Shown piece by piece: positions 24,541-32,000 of a DNA stretch of 32,000 bases. The notes beneath the pieces were generated by a model, which did not search any database, had not been told where the DNA came from, and saw nothing but the letters and a program-made list of their open reading frames with translations. The stretch is from Pirellula staleyi DSM 6068 (GTDB taxonomy: Bacteria; Planctomycetota; Planctomycetia; Pirellulales; Pirellulaceae). Within the stretch, counting starts at the first letter, position 1; the number at the start of each line of letters is the position of its first letter. The position numbers and the translations under genes are program-made. The DNA lies in assembly GCA_000025185.1 (NCBI GenBank), contig CP001848.1, positions 3,930,001 to 3,962,000 on the forward strand. The letters are read 5' to 3'.

Positions 24541-27500
24541 ATGCGTCGTGCTAGTGCTTCGTCGAAGAAATCAGGGCGAGCCATGCATCGCCAGAATCGG
24601 CGTGTCTTTTTCGAGTCGCTCGAAGATCGCAGCATGATGGCGACAATTCCGTACATCGTTCCGCAGGGAACGGTGGGGAATCAACCATTCACTGGTTCGC
24701 TCGGGATGGACTTTGATGTCACCGCGCCGATCACGGTGACGAATCTCGGCGCGTTTGATAGCGGTTCGGATGGGATCAACGGCACGATCAATGTGCGTCT
24801 CTACGATCGCACAAATCCAGGGACTCCACTGGCCACAGCATCGCTCTCTGGAACGTCACAGCAGCTTGTCGGCGGCAGCCGATTTTTATCGCTCCTCACG
24901 CCGATCCCTTTGCCCGCCGGTTTTCAAGGTCGCATTGTGACCGATGGCTACAGCGCTGCGGAACCCAACGGAAATAGTGCGACACCGGTTTGGACCACCA
25001 ATGGTGGTGGCGCAATGAACTTTGTTGGGGTGGGAACATTCGATACTTTGACAAACGTGTATCCCACGAATAGCGAAGGTACCCCTGTTAATCGTTATGC
25101 AGCAGGGACCTTTGCTTTCGTTCCGCAAGCGATCACGACCGCTTACGTCGAAGACTCGTGGAGCGCCTTTTCGCCAGGGCATGTGATTGCCGATGCCGAC
25201 GCCGGTACGACTGGCAATCAGCCGGCAGTGATTGGAGTCGATGCCTTTGCGAGCATCTCCACCGCGCTTGCTGCTGTCCCTGCCAATGGCACGGTGATTG
25301 TGAACGACGGTACCTATGCCGAAGCCGTGACCATGAGTGGCACGAAGACGCTGGAGATCACCGGTCCCAACGGCGCGCAGTCGGTAGCCATTAACTCGCT
25401 CATTTCAGCGGTGGGGCAGAACGTCATTATCGAAGGGACATCGACATTGACTGTCGGTGACGCATCGAACAGTTCGATTGCGGGTGTGATCTCTGGCAGC
25501 GGAAATCTTGCGAAAAATGGTGGCGGCTCGCTGACCCTCTCGAATATCAACACCTACACCGGTACCACCAACATTATTGCTGGTACGTTGTCGGTGACGG
25601 GGCAACTTTCGAACTCTACCGATGTGACGGTCGGTGCTGCCGGTGTTTACAGCGTGGCTGCGAGCGACGTGATCGATGGGCTCGCTGGAACGGGCTCGGT
25701 TTTGCTGGGAACCAACACGCTGACGGTGGGTGGCGGCAATATCGCTTCAGCCAATTTTGGAGGTGTTATCAGCGGAAGTGGCGGCGTTACGAAAGTTGGT
25801 AGCGGTACGCAAACTTTTTCGGGCGCGAACAACTACACCGGAATCACCAACATTTCGGCGGGCATACTGACCGCTGCACATCCCACTGCGCTCGGATCGA
25901 CAGTCGCGGGCACAGTGATTAGCAACGGTGCTTCGCTGGGACTTTCGGGCAACATTGCGCTGGCTGCAGAAGCGATTTCGGCCGTAGGATCGGGCGTCGG
26001 TGGACTCGGCGCGATTCGCAACTTGTCGGGCAACAACAGCGTGGCAGGCGCCGTCACCATGCAGCTCGCACAGCAGCTGCGCACGCCGCTGACCACTGCC
26101 ACCTCCAGTTTTTCGCAAGGAGGTTTCACCCCTGCAGCGCTAATCGATAACAACTTCAATCTCAATTCTTTTGGCTGGGCGAATGCAGGTAATGCTGGTG
26201 GTTCGAATGCTGTGTTCGAAACCGGAACGAATCTCAATCCGGCTGGCATTCCGACGACCATCGATTTCTCGATCTTGAGTGGTGGCTATGGTCAGCACAC
26301 CATCGGCCGATTCAAAATCTATGCGACGACCGACGATCGCTCGCTTTTTGCCGATGGAGTGATCAACGGCGGTGATGTCACAGCGAACTGGATCGACATT
26401 ACGCCAGCGATTGTCACCTCGGCCAACGGCGCGACGCTCACGATCCTCGGGGATAACTCGGTTCGTGCCTCGGGAGCCAGTCCTGAGAGCGATACCTACA
26501 CGATTCGCGCAGTCACCTCGCTCGCGAATATCACTGGCTTCCGTCTCGAGACGATCAAAGACGCCTCGTTCCCAAGCAGCGGTCCTGGTCGCGCTGCGAA
26601 CGGCAATTATGTCATCGTGGAGTTCAGCGCGAGTGTGGCATCCGAACTGACGATCGGCAGTGATGCAGGTTCGTCGCTACAGATGCTCGGCACGGTCCAC
26701 AATCCATTCTCCGAGGGAACTGTTTCGCTGGTGGGGGCTGGCAATATCGGCTTCTCGTCGACAAGTGGCATCACGCAAACCAGCGGCGTCACCGGTGTGA
26801 GCAAGTCGGGAACAGGAACGGTTACGAATGCAGGTGCGCTCAATAATTTTGCAGGTGTTTTGAGTGTTTCGGAAGGTGTGTACGTTGCGGCGCACGCATC
26901 GGCTGTCGGCGCGTCGACTGGGACGACAGTCATCAACAGTGGCGCGACTCTCACCCTCTCGGGCGGCATCACGATCACTGGCGAAACCATTACGGTCAAT
27001 GGCAACGGAGCGGCTGGCACGCTCGGCGCACTGACGAGCGCGGCTGGGAACAACAGCATCGATGCTACTAGTCAGATTCAGGCCGCTCCGGCGATCACGC
27101 AGTTCAGCGTTGGAAGCACCGGCGGAACTTTCACGATTAGCGCGCCGATTGACATGCACTACGCGCGGCTGGTGGTGAATGGCGATGGCAACACCGCACT
27201 CAGTGGTGCCATCAGCGCTACGCTGCCGACCGAACCCTCGCTCGCAAATCTCAATTCACTCCCCACCGGAAACTACGAGTTTGAGGTTGGTGGTCAAACG
27301 GTGAGTGTGCGTGTCGAAAACGATGGTGTGAACTCCTGGCTGCTGGTCGGTCGCGGTCGCAATGGTTGGGAGTTCGACAACGATGGCCAGCAAGTGGCTG
27401 CTGCGGTGAACAGTGGTCTCGGCACCAACGCTGCGTTTGCTCCTGCTGCTTACTCGGCTTCGCTGATCAACGATATTCTTGGCCAGAGCGGACTTTCGAT

Positions 27501-30500
27501 GTCGAACGTCGAAGTACGCATCCGCCGCGCTCAAGATGCAGCAGGAACCGTCTATCAAGAGAATCGCTGGCGCGATTGGCCGATCACCCAGTGGTCGTGG
27601 AACTTTTCGAATCCGGGTACCAATAACAACACGGGGGGCGTGAATGTCACCCGCGAGATCGTGTCGGGGCTGGGAAGTCCGCTCACCTATGCCAGCAACA
27701 CGCGCGACTCAGGAGAGGCGGATGGGCGCCGCATTTTCACTTGGGCCTGGGATGGTCACGGAAGTCAGCGTGGCTTTTCCTACGGAAGCTCGATCGGACT
27801 TGTCGGAGGCCAGAGCGTTACGAATTTCCTGTGGGAATTGGGAAGCGAGAATCACGAAATTCCTTACTCCGAAGTCTACATTCGCACGCTCGCTGCACCT
27901 CCAGTGCAAGACAACAGCCTAATTAAGAATGGCACAGGGACGCTCACACTTGGTGGCGCCAATACCTTCGCAGGAACTACCACCGTCAACGCCGGAACCG
28001 TGGTTGCCGCTCATAGTAGCGCGCTTGGAACAACCGCCGGTGGAACTGTGGTGAGTGGCGGCGCAACACTCGCCCTCAGCGGTGGAATCACCATCGATGG
28101 TGAAGCGATTCAAATCGCAGGAAGTGGCGCTGCAGGTCAAGCTGGCGCACTGGTGAACCTCGCGGGCGCGAACACACTCGGCGCAACTACCAGCATTCTC
28201 GTTCCAGCGAATGTTCCGAATCGACTCGATGTGACTGCGGTCGGCGGTTCGCTGAGTATCGCCAGCCCGATTAATTTGCAGTACGCACGGCTGGTCGTTG
28301 GTGGCGCTGGGGACGTGGATATCTCGGGCGATATTTCGTCGACCCTCCCCACCTCACCAACCCTGGCGACACTCGGTCTCTTTCCAACTGGTGACTACAC
28401 CATCACCGCAGCTGGGCAAACGTTTAATGCTCGTATTCAAAACGATGGTACAACGTCGTGGCTCCTCATCGGTCGTGGTCGCGATGGCTGGCAGTTTGAT
28501 ACCGATGGGCAAGGACTCGTCAGCGATGTGAATCAGAATCTGGGTACCGTCGCCGGTTTTGCTCCAGCGGCTTACAGCGATGCGATCGTCAACGCACTTC
28601 TCGCGCAGGTTGGCACGAACAATACAGGTGCTGAACTTCGTATCCTGCGTGCGACCGACACCGCCGGGATCAATCCTTATCAAGAGACACGCTGGTTCAA
28701 TTTTGCCACGCCGAATTTTACCTTCGATTTCGATGTAGGCAGCAGCGGCATCCCGATGACATCGACGGTCTATGCCTCGTCGATTAACGGCATAAGTGGT
28801 CCACGCCCTACCAACACGCGCGATTCGAATCCTCCTTTTGGTAATGACGCTACTCGCATCTTCACCTGGGCGTGGGGTGGTCATAACAATCGCCAAGGTT
28901 TCTCGTATGGCACCACCATCTCGGGAATCGACAACAACAGCCCGACGTCCTACTTGTGGGAATTCACTACCGAAAATCACGCCCTCGCCTACTCGGAAGT
29001 GAGCATCCGCACTTCGACGCAAATCACCGTCGACAGCGGCGTGACTAAAACTGGAACCGGCTCACTCACCCTCAGCGGTTCCAACACCTACACCGGCACG
29101 ACGGTGGTGAATCAAGGTACACTGATCGCCTCCGATAGTAGCGCACTCGGAACAGCCGCCGCTGGAACCGAAGTGAACGAAGGTGGAACCCTCGCGCTCA
29201 CTGGTGGCATCACGATCGCGGGCGAATCACTCATCGTTCGTCCCGGCACATCGGTTGGCAACGATCACCTCGTTAACCTCGCAGGTGCCAACACCTGGAC
29301 AGGCCCAATTGATTGGCAAAATCCTCTTGCCACCACATCCACCGGTCTCTTCACTGGCGGCGACATCGGGGAAGGACTCGACCTTACCGGAACCTTCCCT
29401 TACGCGATCAATTTCGGCGGCACCGCGACCGGACCTGTGCAAGGGACAACTTTCACTAGTTCCGAAGGAGCAGGGACGCCCGGACTCAGCTACAGCATTC
29501 CTTCGGTGATTAACAGCTGGTTTGCTCCCGACTATGGAGTGTCGGCCGATGATAACAATCTCGAAGCGATCACTCAGTCCATCCGTTACGGCGGTCTAGT
29601 GAACTTCACGCTCGCGAATTTGGTTCCCGGAAGTCGCTACAAGTTGCAGCTGATTATCGACGAATCCAACGGCTACACATTGCGTGGTTCGGATCTCTTT
29701 ATCGACGGTCAGCGGGCCCTGACTGGTTACGGAACTGCAGCCTCCAGTACGGTTGCGATTGGTGGCGTGATCACGCACGAGTTCACTGCGACCACCTCGA
29801 CGGTGCGTGTGCTGCTCGACGGTAACTCGGCCACCGGTTTCTCCGATCGTAATCCGATTCTCAATGCCGCGACGCTCGAACTTCTCTCGGCAGCAGCACC
29901 CACGAGCATGCGCATTCGATCCGATGCCGGTCAGCTCACACTCGGCGGCGAGATCACCGTCGGAGCAGCCAATGGCGACATCGTTGTTGGCGGAGCAGGC
30001 AATGTTGTTGCCACGGGAACCATCGTTCGGCAAAACTACAGCGATGCGGTTACCGCTCTTTCGCCACTCAACTACTGGCGTCTCAATGATGCCGTGCTTC
30101 CCACCGCTCTCGACGAGATGGGGACTCGTAACGGCACCTATGTCAATGTTCCTGCAGGCAACCTCAACCGCCCCGGCGCTTTTCCTGGCGATTTGAACAA
30201 CTCGGTGCAATTCAACACCAGCGGAACGTTTGCGAATCAAAATCGCTATGTTTCGATTCCTAGCGACGCTGCTCTCAACGCCACTCTGCAAGGCAACTAC
30301 ACCGCGCAGATGTGGATCTATAAAGATGGTGAATCGGCCGACTGGCAACGATTGTTTGGAAAAGGTTTCGATCCCACTCGCACGTTTGGTCTCTTCGAAG
30401 AGGCTGGCGCACCTGGGCGCATTTTGTTCCAGGTCTACACATCGGGGGGCAATGTCAACCTAAACAGCACCGAGTCGCTTGCTGTGGGGCAGTGGCATCA

Positions 30501-32000
30501 CGTTGCAGTGACCAAAGATGGGAGCACCATTTCGCTCTACATCAACGGTAACCTCAGCGCGAGTACCACTTTGCCCGGCGTACCCGTGGTCGATGCAAGT
30601 CCGCTCACCATCGGCAAAGCTGCAACGATTCATCAAGACTTCCCTGGTCGCATCGATGAGGTTGCTCTCTATGGATCGGCCCTCACCCGCGCTCAAATCG
30701 CCTCGCTCTATGCCGCAGGCGCTCCTGTCTACGCCAATGGTCTCACCAAGACTGGGGCTGGCACACTCACACTCACTGCAAACAACCAGTACATCGGTGC
30801 CACGTCGGTGCTTGATGGGACTTTGCTGGTGAATAACGTGGCGGGATCGGGGACGGGGAGTGGTAACGTCACTGCTAGTGGCGATGCTGTCGTTGGTGGA
30901 ACAGGCGCTATCAGCGGCGCTCTGCTGATGACCGGAGTTTCCACCCTCTCGCCAGGCGCAAGCCCCGAGACTCTTGCTACCGGCAATTTGTCGCTTGGCA
31001 GTGGCACCACTTTCCTGGTGGAAATCGGTGGCACATCGCCGGGCAATGGCACCACGGGCTACGATCAAGTGAATGTCACCGGAACTGTGACCATCGCCAG
31101 TGGCGTGACGCTCGATCTGGACCAACTGCTTGCTTACAACGTCAGCAGCGCCTCGCTCACGAGCTTCACGATCATCAGCAACGATGGCACCGATGCTGTT
31201 GCCGGAACCTTTAGCGGGCTCGCTGAAGGTGCCAGCCTTAGCTACGCCGGTGGAACGCTCTACATCAGCTACGCTGGCGGTGATGGAAACGATGTCGTGC
31301 TGAGTAGTCAGCCGCTGATGCAAGGGACGTCGCTCGACGACACCTTCGTTGTCACCGGCGCGGGGAACATCTACACCGTCACCCGCACGAACTCGCTGGG
31401 CATAGTGACCGCGACCTACACCAATCCACCGGCCGGCATTTTGAATATTCTAGGCTCAGGTGGCGACGATACGCTGATTGTCGACAGCACGGGAACCAGC
31501 ACCGATCCGATCCCCTCGGGCGGTATCAACTACGACGGTCAATCGCAGACCATGAGTCTGCTGGGGGACATGCTCAGCATGCGTGGAACCACCGGTCAGG
31601 TAGCAACCTACCTGCCAAGCAGTTCCACACCTGGCGCTGGAACGATCACGATCGAAGACACGCTCGGGGCACCGCTGGGCGTGGTCACTTTCACGGGACT
31701 TGAGCCGGTAGATATCTCGGGATTTGCCGTTGCCAACGTCAATTTTCCGAATGCCAACGATGTCGTGGATATCATCAATGGCTTCGATGCAGCCACCGGC
31801 CTCACACCCGCGCTCATCGTAAGTGGCAACAGTGGTGGTGTAGCGTTCGAGCAGGTCCACCTCTTTAGCAACGTGCTGGTGAATATCAACACCTTTGATG
31901 GAGGCGGAAGCGACGGCGTCGATTCGGTCACCATCACGAGTGGTGCGAATGCGCATGCGAATGCGAACATCACGATTGATACGGGAGTGGGGGCCGATAC
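24541..32000 (+). CDS. Giant extracellular multidomain protein, 5' part (more than 2486 codons, open at the right edge). It carries autotransporter-associated beta-strand (PATR-type) repeats, lectin-like modules and a duplicated unknown domain.
   Basis: Absent from the ORF track because there is no stop in the window. The frame-1 reading from ATG 24541 (alternative ATG 24583) gives MRRASASSKKSGRAMHRQNRRVFFESLEDRSMMA, the planctomycete N-terminal LE.R motif. Many G(T/S)G.LTL.G.NTY.G.T.(V/I).(A/G)GTL repeats follow, and ..SYAGGDGNDVVL lies near 31290. Frame continuity was hand-checked at 24601, 26791, 27121-27900, 28261-29041 and 31981. No frame-1 ORF appears in the track anywhere in this span. 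Confidence 0.9.
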   Translation, partial: MRRASASSKKSGRAMHRQNRRVFFESLEDRSMMATIPYIVPQGTVGNQPFTGSLGMDFDVTAPITVTNLGAFDSGSDGINGTINVRLYDRTNPGTPLATASLSGTSQQLVGGSRFLSLLTPIPLPAGFQGRIVTDGYSAAEPNGNSATPVWTTNGGGAMNFVGVGTFDTLTNVYPTNSEGTPVNRYAAGTFAFVPQAITTAYVEDSWSAFSPGHVIADADAGTTGNQPAVIGVDAFASISTALAAVPANGTVIVNDGTYAEAVTMSGTKTLEITGPNGAQSVAINSLISAVGQNVIIEGTSTLTVGDASNSSIAGVISGSGNLAKNGGGSLTLSNINTYTGTTNIIAGTLSVTGQLSNSTDVTVGAAGVYSVAASDVIDGLAGTGSVLLGTNTLTVGGGNIASANFGGVISGSGGVTKVGSGTQTFSGANNYTGITNISAGILTAAHPTALGSTVAGTVISNGASLGLSGNIALAAEAISAVGSGVGGLGAIRNLSGNNSVAGAVTMQLAQQLRTPLTTATSSFSQGGFTPAALIDNNFNLNSFGWANAGNAGGSNAVFETGTNLNPAGIPTTIDFSILSGGYGQHTIGRFKIYATTDDRSLFADGVINGGDVTANWIDITPAIVTSANGATLTILGDNSVRASGASPESDTYTIRAVTSLANITGFRLETIKDASFPSSGPGRAANGNYVIVEFSASVASELTIGSDAGSSLQMLGTVHNPFSEGTVSLVGAGNIGFSSTSGITQTSGVTGVSKSGTGTVTNAGALNNFAGVLSVSEGVYVAAHASAVGASTGTTVINSGATLTLSGGITITGETITVNGNGAAGTLGALTSAAGNNSIDATSQIQAAPAITQFSVGSTGGTFTISAPIDMHYARLVVNGDGNTALSGAISATLPTEPSLANLNSLPTGNYEFEVGGQTVSVRVENDGVNSWLLVGRGRNGWEFDNDGQQVAAAVNSGLGTNAAFAPAAYSASLINDILGQSGLSMSNVEVRIRRAQDAAGTVYQENRWRDWPITQWSWNFSNPGTNNNTGGVNVTREIVSGLGSPLTYASNTRDSGEADGRRIFTWAWDGHGSQRGFSYGSSIGLVGGQSVTNFLWELGSENHEIPYSEVYIRTLAAPPVQDNSLIKNGTGTLTLGGANTFAGTTTVNAGTVVAAHSSALGTTAGGTVVSGGATLALSGGITIDGEAIQIAGSGAAGQAGALVNLAGANTLGATTSILVPANVPNRLDVTAVGGSLSIASPINLQYARLVVGGAGDVDISGDISSTLPTSPTLATLGLFPTGDYTITAAGQTFNARIQNDGTTSWLLIGRGRDGWQFDTDGQGLVSDVNQNLGTVAGFAPAAYSDAIVNALLAQVGTNNTGAELRILRATDTAGINPYQETRWFNFATPNFTFDFDVGSSGIPMTSTVYASSINGISGPRPTNTRDSNPPFGNDATRIFTWAWGGHNNRQGFSYGTTISGIDNNSPTSYLWEFTTENHALAYSEVSIRTSTQITVDSGVTKTGTGSLTLSGSNTYTGTTVVNQGTLIASDSSALGTAAAGTEVNEGGTLALTGGITIAGESLIVRPGTSVGNDHLVNLAGANTWTGPIDWQNPLATTSTGLFTGGDIGEGLDLTGTFPYAINFGGTATGPVQGTTFTSSEGAGTPGLSYSIPSVINSWFAPDYGVSADDNNLEAITQSIRYGGLVNFTLANLVPGSRYKLQLIIDESNGYTLRGSDLFIDGQRALTGYGTAASSTVAIGGVITHEFTATTSTVRVLLDGNSATGFSDRNPILNAATLELLSAAAPTSMRIRSDAGQLTLGGEITVGAANGDIVVGGAGNVVATGTIVRQNYSDAVTALSPLNYWRLNDAVLPTALDEMGTRNGTYVNVPAGNLNRPGAFPGDLNNSVQFNTSGTFANQNRYVSIPSDAALNATLQGNYTAQMWIYKDGESADWQRLFGKGFDPTRTFGLFEEAGAPGRILFQVYTSGGNVNLNSTESLAVGQWHHVAVTKDGSTISLYINGNLSASTTLPGVPVVDASPLTIGKAATIHQDFPGRIDEVALYGSALTRAQIASLYAAGAPVYANGLTKTGAGTLTLTANNQYIGATSVLDGTLLVNNVAGSGTGSGNVTASGDAVVGGTGAISGALLMTGVSTLSPGASPETLATGNLSLGSGTTFLVEIGGTSPGNGTTGYDQVNVTGTVTIASGVTLDLDQLLAYNVSSASLTSFTIISNDGTDAVAGTFSGLAEGASLSYAGGTLYISYAGGDGNDVVLSSQPLMQGTSLDDTFVVTGAGNIYTVTRTNSLGIVTATYTNPPAGILNILGSGGDDTLIVDSTGTSTDPIPSGGINYDGQSQTMSLLGDMLSMRGTTGQVATYLPSSSTPGAGTITIEDTLGAPLGVVTFTGLEPVDISGFAVANVNFPNANDVVDIINGFDAATGLTPALIVSGNSGGVAFEQVHLFSNVLVNINTFDGGGSDGVDSVTITSGANAHANANITIDTGVGAD

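Noticed and set aside
25314-31973. Many minus-strand and off-frame ORFs of 60-290 aa (for example 28354-29022, 29596-30348, 30460-31323, 31456-31956).
   Set aside because: All lie inside the single frame-1 giant ORF, whose translation shows canonical repeat motifs throughout. The alternative products are low-complexity Arg/Ser/Gly strings.

Overview
This is a high-GC bacterial chromosome segment. Its gene content looks planctomycete (Pirellulales-like): a DUF1592/DUF1552 gene pair, a giant LEDR-motif beta-strand-repeat protein, an ENWPxWRG PQQ-like propeller and a P/Q/Y-rich membrane protein. That lineage call is inference only. Layout, left to right: (1) 1-1518, the 5' part of a minus-strand membrane protein that is missing from the ORF track because it runs off the window. 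(2) An initiator-like tRNA-Met(CAT) with its terminator, a small secreted protein, and a second orphan copy of the tRNA 3' flank plus terminator. (3) About 3985-13870 (possibly to 14952), the main feature: a sedentary chromosomal integron. Its integron-type integrase (intI) is heavily decayed, with 3 nonsense codons, at least 3 frameshifts and the catalytic Tyr replaced by His. It is followed by about 13 attC-like imperfect palindromes bounding promoterless plus-strand cassettes. The cassettes encode small membrane proteins, immunity-protein-like domains (DUF2185/DUF2314-like, DUF5076-like), two paralogous alpha/beta hydrolases and two visibly broken genes. (4) A MITE-like element of about 120-125 bp with about 35-bp terminal inverted repeats lies at 15019-15143. 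Further full or partial copies bracket a nitrilase gene. (5) Core genes: an AraC/XylR-like regulator divergent from a DUF1592-family/DUF1552 pair, a nitrilase and a PQQ-like beta-propeller. (6) 24541 to beyond 32000: an open-ended giant surface protein, also absent from the ORF track. It contains a diverged tandem duplication with a period of about 1.12 kb, and each unit carries a domain of about 250 aa that I cannot assign. All family names come from reading motifs by eye; no searches were run.
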